A stretch of DNA of 64,000 nt from Octopus vulgaris (taxonomy: Eukaryota): positions 163,866,001 through 163,930,000 of the forward strand of contig OX597816.1 in assembly GCA_951406725.2 (NCBI GenBank), written 5' to 3'. The translations under genes were made by a program, and so were the position numbers. Positions 52,774 to 64,000 of the stretch are shown here, one piece after another. The stretch's first letter is position 1. Each line of letters starts with the position of its first letter. Below the pieces are notes generated by a model that was not told the DNA's origin, ran no database searches, and saw only the letters and a list, made by a program, of their open reading frames with translations.

Positions 52774-53000
52774 TTTTGGCAATGGTTTCTACGGCTGGAT
52801 GCCCTTTCTAACGCCAACCTCTTTACAGAGTGTACTGGATTATTTTAAATGGCACCGGTAACTCAGCTTAGTATGGAGTAGAATCGAGGGAAGTGGCTTT
52901 ATGTCAGATATTGAGATGTTTAAGTGTGGTGGGTGGATAGGAACAGGTGTACGAGAGACATATTGTTACCTACTAACCCCCCAAAACGTATGTACATTAT

Positions 53001-53165
53001 AGGCACAGGTTTAGCTGTGTTATAAGAAGCTTCCTTCTCAACCACATGGTTCAGGGTTCAGACCCACAGCGGGGAACCTTGGGCAAGTGTCTTCTACTAC
53101 AGCCTCGGACTGACCAAAGCCTTGTGAGTGGATTTGCTAAACGGAAACTGAAAGAATCCTGTCAT

Positions 53166-53226
<61 letters not shown>

Positions 53227-53455
53227 CGTGTGTGTGTGTGTGCGTGAAAATGTGTGCGTTTGTCCCCCACTACTGCTTGACAACCGGTGTTGTGTTTATG
53301 CCCTGTGACTTAGCGGTTCGGCAAAGGAGACCGACAGAATAGATATCAGGCTTAAGACAAAATAAGCACTGGAGTCGATACGTTCGACTAAAATTCTTCA
53401 TGGGGGTGCTCCAGCAGGGCCGCAGTCAAATAACTGAAATAAAATAAAAATAGAA
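53001..53455 (+). mobile_element. SINE family A (diverged)
   Basis: Head, body and tail motifs. Confidence 0.82.
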
Positions 53456-53883
53456 TACCAGTAATTACATCTTTTGTAAGAAATATTGTCACAGAATTGG
53501 TTGGGAAATGAGAGAATAAGATGAAGAAAAAAAGCATGGAATAAACTGCATAGAAATAGAGAAGTTTATATATCGTTAAGTAGAGAGAAAAAGCATGAGA
53601 AAAATGGTGAAGAATTATAAATTTAAGATCAATAGTTATATGGAAAAGTAGGATTGAGTGGGAGACCCCGAGGAAAAGAAAGTGTAGAAGTATTCTTGAA
53701 ATAATGAAAAGAATATTTAACTGCAGAACGTGAATATGGATGAGTGTAGCCTTTGTAGAGGTTTACAGAGAAATTGTAAAGCAGTGCTAAGCGGCATAAC
53801 CCAAGAGAAGGAACCGAGATTCTAAGTGGAATAGAGACGAAAAAACAGGTCATATAATATCATATCATATCATATATATGTAT

Positions 53884-54137
53884 GCTTTATTAATAAAACT
53901 ATAAAGACATTACAAAAACTGTTACTCAGAGTTTCACGTTACCGTTTGTCGGACAGTTTTGGTTGAAAATAGAACAAAATATGAACCATATTTTGTTCCA
54001 TTCTCAACCAAAACTGTCCGACAAAAGGGAACGTGAAACTCTGAGTAAGAGTTTTTGTGATATCTTTGCAGCTTTATAAATAAAGCCTCTAGTATTCGAG
54101 TACTATTTTCTTCCACTTTGTTTCGCATTTATATGCT
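53884..54137. repeat. fold-back P3 element, ~100-bp arms, 3-nt loop (53984-53986), hammerhead-like motif in each arm
   Basis: Arms 53884-53983 and 53987-54086; same family as 41790-41980. Confidence 0.88.
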
Positions 54138-54199
54138 TATTCTGGAATATATTTTTTCTTTCTTCTCCTTTTCCATATATATATATATTTTTTTTTTTT

Positions 54200-54367
54200 C
54201 ACATTTTTTCTCTCCTTGTTTCTCTCCTTGTTTTTTGTGAGTCCTTTTCTGTAGAAGGGCGTAGGCTCGAAACATAAAATACTTTTTCTATTCCTGAGCG
54301 TTATACTAATACATCTGTTTGTTTTGTACACCACCTATCTTCGTCTTTTGTCTTTTTCGTAAACTCT

Positions 54368-54370
<3 letters not shown>
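54200..54370 (+). mobile_element. P1 pLTR-like element
   Basis: ctgtagaagggcgtaggctcgaaac; ends at (TA)n. Confidence 0.8.
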
Positions 54371-54430
<60 letters not shown>

Positions 54431-54549
54431 AGATCTCATTCGTCTGTTTGAATTCGGAAGTACTGGTCGTTGGATATACGTTGTCTGATGTCGCCTGGTC
54501 AGATAAGTATGTTAATTTTTCAGTGCTCTCAAATTTAATATTTTCAATT

Positions 54550-54632
54550 ACTGTACTGAAGACGAGAATGAGAGAGTAGAAATAGGATTTTATATTTTTC
54601 ACATCTCGCTAACTCCGAAACGCGTATACAGT
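54550..54632 (+). ncRNA. type I hammerhead motif with irregular helix II
   Basis: ACUGUA-CUGAAGA-..-GAAA-CGC-GUA/UACAGU: 6-bp helix I, ACGCGU palindrome; within pLTR-like element 54430-54820. Confidence 0.7.
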
Positions 54633-54820
54633 TAATCAAAGCCGGGTGGATTCGTTATTTTTCTCTCTTCTTTATCTGCGTGAGTTGTTGAGTATTGCTG
54701 TTTGGGAGATTTTCTTATGGTAGTGAAATTGTAGTTGTAAACTGCTATTTCTAAATTTCGGTATGTGTTGAAGCAAATTTTGCTGAACCCTAATTATAAT
54801 TATACTCATAATTATAGAAG

Positions 54821-54886
<66 letters not shown>

Positions 54887-55062
54887 ACATTTTTTTCTCT
54901 CCTTGTTTCTCTCCGTGTTTTTTTTCTGTGTATCTTTCTGTTGAAGAGCGTAGGCTCGAAATGTAAAAGACTTGTTTTATTTATATTCCTGAGCGCCATA
55001 CTAATACAATTGTTTGTTTGTATTCCACCTGCCTTCGTCTTTTGTTTATTTTCATAAAGCTT

Positions 55063-55065
<3 letters not shown>
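54887..55065 (+). mobile_element. P1 pLTR-like element (subtype of 34200-34383)
   Basis: tctttctgttgaagagcgtaggctcgaaatgtaaaaga; (TA)n on both sides. Confidence 0.82.
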
Positions 55066-55111
<46 letters not shown>

Positions 55112-55114
<3 letters not shown>

Positions 55115-55452
55115 CTGCGGCTATGCTGGAGCATCGCCTTTAGTTGAGAAAATAGACAAGAAGACTTATACTTGTAAGCCTAGTACTTATTCTTATTTTG
55201 CCGAGCCCTAAGTTACGGGGACGTAAACACACCAGCATCGGTTGTCAAGCGGTGGTGGAAGGACAAACACAGACACAAACATACATATATATATTTATAC
55301 GACGGGTCTCTTTTAGTTTCCGCCTACCGAATCCACTCACAAGGCTTTGGTCGGCCCGAAGCTATAGTAGAAGACACTTGCCCAAGGTGCCACGCAGTGG
55401 GACTGAACCCGGGACCATGTGGTTCGTAAGTAAGCTACTTACCACACTACGC
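55112..55452 (-). mobile_element. SINE family A
   Basis: Body motifs; ends trimmed. Confidence 0.85.
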
Positions 55453-55600
55453 CTATATAAATTAGTAAAATATGAAATATACATGAAAATAGGGGTGGGG
55501 GCGCTGAGGGTAATATGTGGCCATGAGAGGGGCGGTGGCCCAAAATGTTTGAGAAACTCTGGTCTAAAGTAAATGGTGATTGGCTTGGCTGGCTTGTCAG

Positions 55601-55669
55601 AATTTGAACATACATGATAGTGAAACAAAACAGAATAGACCAGAGCCTTATAGTCCGCCGCTCCATCAG
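55601..55669 (+). CDS. candidate 69-nt phase 0-0 exon
   Basis: ggcttgtcag|..cag|gtttgc; open frame NLNIHDSETKQNRPEPYSPPLHQ; unique sequence. Confidence 0.35.
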
Positions 55670-55759
55670 GTTTGCCTCTTTTCATCTCTTTCTATTCACC
55701 CACCTCAGCTTATTATTATTAAAATTTATTTACATTCGCAAAAGAGCACAGATTTATAG

Positions 55760-55885
55760 AGGTGGTGGTGGTGGTGGTGGTGGTGGTGGTGGTGCGGGTG
55801 CGGGTGAGGGTGATGATAGCGTTGGTGGTGATGATGAATGTGGCAGCTGTGGCGATGGCGATGGTGGTAGTGATAATACGTGTAG

Positions 55886-55937
<52 letters not shown>

Positions 55938-56290
55938 GGTGGTGGTGGTTGCGGTGGTGGTAGTTGTGGTGGTGGTGGTGGTGGTTGTGGTGGTGGTGGT
56001 GGTGGTGATTGTGGTGGTGGTGGTGTTTGTGGTGGTGGTGGGGGGGTGAAGTTGATGATAGCGTTGGTGATGATGATGAATGTGGTAGCTATGGTGATAG
56101 CGATGGTGGTAGTGATAATACTTGTAGTGTTGTTGTTGTTGGTGGTGGTGGTTGTGGTTGTGGTGGTGGTGGTGGTGGTGGTGGTGGTGGTGGTGGTGGT
56201 GGTGGTGGTGGTGGTTGTAATGATGTCGATGGTTATGATGGTGACGGTGGCAGTGGTGATAGTAGTGGTGGTGGTGGGAGTGGTATGTTG
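55760..56290. repeat. (GGT)/(GTT)/(GAT) tract with ~243-bp higher-order duplication
   Basis: tgatgatagcgttggt..gtgataatac.tgtagtgtt at ~55810 and ~56053. Confidence 0.9.
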
Positions 56291-56885
56291 ATGAGCTCTC
56301 GGCTGTCTAAAGTGCAGACTATGAAATATAAATGAATGAACGGGTGCAATGAAGAACAATGCGTTTCTTCGCGTTACAGCTTATTAAAATAACGATTTCT
56401 TGAGATTAGGCACGTAGCCATATTTCTTTTTAATGGAGTGACAAATTGCAAATCGTGACATTCCTGTTTTTTAAGCACCTTCCCCAACCTTCCCTAACTC
56501 AAAATGATACAAAAATTTAAAAAAAAAACATTTCAACGTAATTGAAGTGAACAGACTTGAACCGGGAATCGAAACCGCTTCTTAGATTTGACATCATTCG
56601 CCTCCTCAAATGTTAGCGCTTGCTCTAATGATTTCATTTACGCAATTTAGAGAGAGGGCGAGGAAGAAGTTAGCGGATGTGGACGACACTTAGTTGGTTC
56701 CTGTTATATTGGGTGGAATAAATAATGAATTAATGAAATTTAAACTATGATGTTGTGAGGTTCATGCCTTCTTCCCAATAGTGCTTTTTGCCATTCTGTG
56801 ATGTTAGAGAACGGATGAAAGTGTCAGTAAACGGAATGTTCTGTAAGTTTGTGAAGGTCAATCGAAGTACCGCACACTACCCAGT

Positions 56886-56899
56886 GCGCCCTCTTGTGG
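56886..56899 (-). promoter_or_regulatory. CTCF-like core motif
   Basis: Minus strand CCACAAGAGGGCGC matches CCASYAGRKGGCRS at 13 of 14 positions, in unique sequence. Confidence 0.4.
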
Positions 56900-56920
56900 T
56901 GAATTTGCAGAAATTATAAA

Positions 56921-57198
56921 GTGGAGGCACATGGCCAAGTGGTTAGAGCAGCGGACTGGCGATCGAGAGATCGCGCGTTCGAATCTCAGACCGGGTTATT
57001 TGTGTGTTTATGAGCGAAACACCTGAGCTCCATGGCGAACATCTGCTGACTCTTTCACCACAACTTTCTCTCACTCTTACAGCTCACCTGCGACGGACCG
57101 GCGTCCCGTCCAGGTGGGGAACCTATACGCCAAGGAAACCGGGAAACCGGACCTTATGAGACAGGCGTGGCTCGAGAAGGAACAAACAACAAACAACA
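56921..57198 (+). mobile_element. SINE B-type head with a third tail (B3)
   Basis: gtggaggcacatggccaagtggttagag..ctctttcaccacaactttctctcactctt, then cctgcgacggaccggcgtcccgtccagg and a (aaca)n tail. Confidence 0.8.
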
Positions 57199-57238
57199 AT
57201 AAAGCATCCAGCAATATCTTAGAATTTATACAGATATA

Positions 57239-57643
57239 GGCGCAGGAGTGGCTGTGTGGTAAGTAGCTTGTCTACGAACTACATGGTTCCGGGTTCAGTC
57301 CCACTGCGTGGCACCTTGGGCAAGTGTCTCCTACTATAGCCTCGGGCCGACCAAAGCCTTGTGAGTGGATTTGGTAGACGGAAACTGAAAGAAGCCCGTC
57401 GTATATATGTATATATATATGCGTGTGTGTGTTTGTGTGTATGTATTTGTCCCCCTAGCATTGCTTGACAACCGATGCTGGTGTGTTTATGTCCCCGTTA
57501 CTTAGTGGTTCGGCAAAAGAGACCGATAAAATAAGTACTGGGCTTACAAAAGAATAAGTCCCGGGGTCGAGTTGCTCGATTAAAGGCGGTGCTCCAGCAT
57601 GGCCGCAGTCAAATGACTGAAACAAGTAAAAGAGTAAAAGAGT
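57239..57643 (+). mobile_element. SINE family A
   Basis: Full copy. Confidence 0.92.
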
Positions 57644-57764
57644 ATACAATATCGATTCTCCAGAACATCTGGTTCCAGATCCTTTCTGGATTAGTGATGT
57701 TTCCGAATCAAAAATAGTCACCTAAGTCAACACACACGAAATTAAACAAATATTAAATTCATTT

Positions 57765-58433
57765 AGGAGTGGCTGTGTGGTAAGTAGCTTACTTGCCAAC
57801 CACATGGTTCCGGGTTCAGTCCCACTGCTTGGCACGTTGGGCAAGTGTCTTCTACTATAACCTCGGGCTGACCAAAGACGGAAACTGAAAGAAATCCTCG
57901 TATAAATATGTATATATATATATATATGTATGCCATGATAGATCGTTAGCCACTACGCACATTTTTTTTCTCTCCTTGTTTCTCTTCTTGTTTTGTGTGT
58001 CCCTTTCTGTAGAAGAGCGTAGGCTCGAAACGTAAAAGACTTTTTTCTATTCCTGAGCGTTATACCAATACAGCTGTTTGTTTTGTACACCACCTGTCTT
58101 CGTCTTTTGTTTTTTTCCGTAAACTCTCCCTATATGAATGTATGAATGTATGTATGTATGTATGTATGTATGTATGTATGTATGTATGTATGTATGTATG
58201 TATGTATGTATGTATGTGTGTGTGTTTGTGTCTGTGTTTGTCCTTCCACCATCGCTTGACAACCGATGCTGGTGTGTTTACGCCCCCGTAAATTAGCGGT
58301 TCAGCAAAAGAACCCGATAGGATAAGTACTAGGTTTACAAGGAATAAGTTCTGTCGTCGATATGCTCCACTAAAGGCGGTATACCAGCATGGCCGCAGTC
58401 AAATGACTGAAACAAGTAGAAGAGTAAAAGAGT
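57765..58433 (+). mobile_element. SINE family A carrying a P1 element in its internal microsatellite
   Basis: SINE halves 57765-57900 and 58215-58433. Confidence 0.85.
57932..58130 (+). mobile_element. P1 pLTR-like element with hammerhead-like motif at 58003-58038
   Basis: cuuu-CUGUAGA-a-GAGC-guag-GCUC-GAAA-CG-UA/aaag, with ACGU palindrome. Confidence 0.85.
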
Positions 58434-58731
58434 GTAAATAAATGAAATACAGGTACCGTTTTAATTGGTGTTAATTAGTGCGGATTATAAACGGTCCAGG
58501 ACAATCAGTGTCCGGAAAGTCTGTGTTGTACTTGTTTTCTCTCATAATTTCATGGTGGTGCTCCAGCATGGCAAAGCTCAATAGTAACTAGGAAACCAGT
58601 AAGTACGAAAGTGAGTTCAATTTCAATAATTGTCGAGTTTGTTTCTTATCCATCAATTCAGTATTTATTAATTAGATTTAAACAGCATCGGTGTGTATAA
58701 TATTCACAATGTATATATATAAACATATATA

Positions 58732-58896
58732 GGCGCAGGAGTGGCTGTGTGGTAAGTAGCTTGCTTACCAACCACATGGTTCCGGCTTCAGTCCCACTGC
58801 GTGGCATCTTGGGCAAGTGTCTTCTGCTATAGCCTCGGGTCGACCAAAGCCTTGTGAGTGAATTTGGTAGATGGAAACTGAAAGAAGCCCATCGTA

Positions 58897-58946
<50 letters not shown>

Positions 58947-59175
58947 TGTGTGTGTTTGTGTGTCTGTGTTTGTCCCCCTAGTATTGCTTGACAACAGATG
59001 CTGGTGTGCTTATGTCCCCGTTACTTAGCGGTTCGGCAAAAGAGACCGATAGAATAAGTACTGGGCTTACAAAAGAATAATTCCCGGGGTCGAGTTGCTC
59101 GATTAAAGGCGGTGCTCTAGCATGGCCGCAGTCAAATGACTGAAACAAGTAAAAGAGTAAAAGAGTAAAAGAGTA
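58732..59175 (+). mobile_element. SINE family A
   Basis: Full copy, tail (gtaaaaga)n. Confidence 0.92.
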
Positions 59176-59625
59176 AACATGGCACGGTACTGGCTGTCAT
59201 TTTTCTTTTCTTCTTTCTTTCTTTGTTTCTTTTTTTTTTTTTCGTCTCAGGCAAAATTCTCTAAAAGACTTTAATGTTATAACAAGTGGTTTATCTCATA
59301 ACGACGGTGATTCATCAGACACGCGGTTTCGACCTGATGTGCTCTCTTCAGAAGTGAATGTCTCGCTCTGAGCGACGTTCTGTGTTTTTTCACACACAAA
59401 TCTCTTTGAAAAGCTTCTCTGAGACAAAATATTAGATAGGGCCGTTCCGTTGTTCATATTTATCAATCTAGGGCGGGTAAAATCCCCGAGACTCATGGAC
59501 GGTTTCTCTCCAGTGGTCTTTGTCCCTCATCTCCTCATCATCAGCCATGTCCTGTGCTTCTCAGAGAGCAGTGTCCAAAGATTTAGGGCCTTGTACCTAG
59601 AGTAGAAAGATTATTACCATGTATA

Positions 59626-60232
59626 AGACGGTGAGCTGGCAGAAACGTTAGCACGCCGGGCGAAATACTTAGCATTATTTCGTCTGACGTTACGTTCTGA
59701 GTTCAAATTCCGTCGAGGTCGACTTTGCTTTTCATCCTTTCGGGGTCGATAAATAAGTACCAGTTACGCACTGGGGTCGATGTAATTAACTTAATCCGTT
59801 TGTCTGTCCTTGTTTGTCCACTATATGTTTAGCCCCTTGTGGGTAGTAAAGAAATAGGTATTTCGTCTGTCTTTACGTTCTGAGTTCAAATTCCGCCGAC
59901 ACGTTAACGCGTCGGAAAAACTCTTTTAGCGGCATTTCTTCGCATTTTTTTGCGTTCTGAGTTCAAGTTCCGCTGAGGTCAACCTTGCTGTTTATCCTTA
60001 CACAGCCGTTAAAATAAAGTACTCGTAATCGATGACCTTGAACCTCTACAGCGGAAGAGCATCCAGTTTGAACGCGAAATGCTTTGAACTTGATCACATA
60101 TACGCCATTGAAACTGGCAGAGCTGGAGCGGACGCGCCTGGCAAAGTTGTTAGGATGTCAGACTCTTGATCGTTAGGACGTGGGTTCGATTTTTCAGTCC
60201 TGCAGACAATTTTTGTCTCCCATCAAGGAACT
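59626..60232 (+). repeat. SINE D plus downstream flank, duplicated with 51435-51992
   Basis: Shared non-SINE sequence gatgaccttgaacctctacagcggaagagcatccag..cccatcaaggaact. Confidence 0.88.
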
Positions 60233-60694
60233 TTGCCTTTCATCCTTTCGAGTTCGACAAAATAAGTACCCCTTGTGTAGTGAGGTCGATATAATCGACT
60301 AGCCCTCTCCTCCAAAATTTCAGGCCTTTTACCTATAGTAGAAAGGGTTATTACAGTTGAGTTTTCAATTTCCTTATTGTTGCTATTCCGCAAACTGTTG
60401 TTATTGGTGGTGATGAGAGCTCAGATATGGCGGCGGCGATAGCGGGGGTAGTATTGATGGTAGTGGTGGTGGTAGTAGTAATAGTAGTAGTGGTGGTACA
60501 GTAGGGGTCGTAGAGGTAGTAGTTATGTTATTAACTAAGAGAAGAAAGTTGTCTTCAATCTCTGAAAGGGGCAAACTCCTCTACCCTACCTGCTTCTCCT
60601 CTCACAATTCTCTCATTGCTTCACTGAAAACATCACCGCCATATTTGTTGATTTGAAATTTTCAATAAAAATTTTCCTTTCTTTTTTTTCTATC

Positions 60695-60761
60695 GCTATA
60701 TATGTATACATGCACATACGTAAATACACACACACACATATATAAGCATCCATATATATAC

Positions 60762-60792
<31 letters not shown>

Positions 60793-60821
60793 TGTATGTA
60801 TGTATGTATGTATGTATGTAT

Positions 60822-60904
<83 letters not shown>

Positions 60905-60960
60905 TATTATACATATTTATATTATACATATATATATATATACATATATATATATATGTA

Positions 60961-61005
<45 letters not shown>

Positions 61006-61019
61006 TCGCACGCACACAC

Positions 61020-61058
<39 letters not shown>

Positions 61059-61195
61059 TATACATACACACACAAACATATATATGAACAGATATGTGTA
61101 CATACGTACACACATACACACATGCACACAAACAACACACACGCGCGCACATACACACACACAAACGCACACGCACGCATATATACATGTATATG
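60695..61195. repeat. compound (TATG)/(TA)/(CA) microsatellite
   Basis: Visible. Confidence 0.9.
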
Positions 61196-61421
61196 TAAAT
61201 GACGAGTTGGATAGATCCTTTGTTTCTTGTTCCCTTGTCCCTTTGGAATTAAACAACCCCTTGAGGTCGTGGTTAGTTTAATACCAAAAAGAAAAAAAAG
61301 GCAACAAAAAAAAAACAAGAATAACAAGCCCTGAAAAAGTCAAATAAAATAAAAAAACAAAACAATTATTTCCAAGACACACAGACCGAACTCAAAAATT
61401 TCTTACCTACACAGAAGCAGA

Positions 61422-61913
<492 letters not shown>

Positions 61914-62058
61914 ACTTTTTCATTTGCCACAGGAACTCCAATGTGGAGGCATGGCTGAGTATCAGTTCACACAAACATACATGATATATATATATATATA
62001 TTTATATTACATTTATATATTATTTACATATATACATACGTATATATACGTATGTGAT

Positions 62059-62104
<46 letters not shown>

Positions 62105-62519
62105 TGTATGTATGTATGTATTTACATGTAGTCGTGTACGTATGTATAGATAGATAGTTATATGTATATTGATAAATGATGATGATGTTGATGATGACAA
62201 CGATGATGATGATGAGGATGATGACGATGAGGTCTTATATTTGCCACAAGGGCTTCAGATTTGGAGGACAGGGTGTGTGTTTAAGTACATGCACACATAC
62301 ACTCTTATACGAAATATGCATGTATGGTATATGAAATAATATGATATATATATATATATATATGCACATATATGTATACATAAATACATATATATATTTG
62401 CGTGTGTGTATATACATGTATGTATATATGTGTGTGTGTGTGTGTGGATAAATATGTTTGCATGCATATACATATATTACATATATACATGTATTATAAA
62501 AACGACAACAAAAGCAATA

Positions 62520-62597
<78 letters not shown>

Positions 62598-62627
62598 TAA
62601 TAATAATAATAATAATAATAATAATAG

Positions 62628-62695
<68 letters not shown>

Positions 62696-63316
62696 GAAAA
62701 AAATTATTCGATTATTCGATATGTTGTGTATATTCCATAATACCAATCATAAGATAGTGGAACTTATTCTTCAACTATCGATTCAGCTCTGCTCGAAGAA
62801 GACCTCAAGTGATATTGAAGACGAAACGAAGCTAGCTGTCGTAATTAAATTTCTACTCCCAATGGATGCGGCATCAGTGATAGACACTTCTTCACTGTCT
62901 TGAATTTTCCATTAATACAATTTCCTTTCTCCCGATATTTCAATACATTTTTATGGCAAGCGGTGGAAGGGAATGGTTGGTGGTGAGATTGACAGAATCG
63001 TTATAGTGCCAGACAAAATGTGTTCGGTTTTTGTGTTATTTATCCGTGATCCTTTAAGTTCTGATTTCGAATCCCACAGAGGCTGGTACAATAAATGCCA
63101 GTTAGCACTTGGTCGATTTCATCAAGTGTCTAACTACCCGCTTACCCGCTTACCCGCACCCCTCCTGTCCCTTCACATGAAAAATGTGTTCTTGTTCTTC
63201 GCATTGAAATTAATGTATTTTTGAAGTAAGGACAGAAATATATTAGATTTCTCTCCATACCGCCAGGTTTCAATCTGCGGTTGAAGTAATTTCATCTCAT
63301 TTAAACTGCTGCTCTG

Positions 63317-63357
<41 letters not shown>

Positions 63358-63536
63358 GCAGGCATGCAGACATACAGGCATGCAGACATACATACCTATG
63401 CATAAAAATCTGCATACTTACAAATCTGCACGTATACATGTTGTCGATGTTGAAATTCCAATGAAGGAACCTTGGATCTAGGTTAGAAACCGGCTCTTTC
63501 TCTATTGGCAAGAAATCTGAAATAAACTGAACAATG

Positions 63537-63960
63537 ACATACATACATACATACATACATACATACATACATACATGCATGCATGCATACATACATACAT
63601 ACATACATACATACATACATACATGCATGCATACATACATACATACATACATGCATGCATGCATGCATACATACATACATACGTGCATGCATGCATACAT
63701 ACATACATACATGCATGCATGCATGCATACATACATACATGCATGCATGCATACATGCATACATACATACATACATACATACATATTAACATACATGCAT
63801 GCATGCATACATACATACATACATACATACATACATGCATGCATGCATACATACATACATATATGCATGCATGCATACATACATGCATACATACATACAT
63901 ACATACATGCATACATACATACATACATACATACATACATACATACATGCATACATACAT
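63537..63960. repeat. (CATA)/(CATG) tetranucleotide tract
   Basis: Visible. Confidence 0.95.
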
Positions 63961-64000
63961 AGTGCAGGACATTCGGCAAAAAGCCGAACGTTCACATGTC

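Noticed and set aside
59296-59596. Minus-strand ORF or possible terminal exon, plus a hammerhead-like string at 59311-59358
   Set aside because: Stops occur soon after the putative acceptor in all frames; MRDKDHWRETVHESR looks more like a decayed RTE C-terminus; helices I and II of the ribozyme-like string do not pair well
62784-62838. Hammerhead-like cgaagaag..gacgaaacg
   Set aside because: The core and helix II need several corrections; too degenerate to call

Overview
Eukaryotic, AT-rich, very repeat-dense non-coding DNA. The SINE families and microsatellite load look like a coleoid cephalopod (Octopus-like) genome; this is inferred from recognition, not from a database match. There is no intact protein-coding gene, and nearly all ORFs in the track are microsatellite or SINE artefacts. 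The window holds more than 40 tRNA-derived SINE copies from at least 4 families, relics of Penelope-like (PLE), RTE and R4-type non-LTR retrotransposons, a Tc1/mariner fragment, a non-autonomous Helitron, a hAT-like MITE, a tRNA-Asp pseudogene and a few candidate exons. The main hidden signal is a set of about 15 minimal type I hammerhead-ribozyme motifs. They belong to roughly 9 sequence-distinct short elements (PLE pseudo-LTR/retrozyme-like) that sit in or next to (TA)n tracts and often form fold-back inverted repeats. Two are fully canonical (42441-42532 +, 43230-43289 -). Others carry recurrent core variants (U3-A8 covariation, A6U, U4C). A second signal is a SINE-interrupted 17-aa peptide repeat (38388-39000 -) whose two best units differ only at synonymous sites. 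All structures and alignments were made by eye, and element boundaries are approximate.
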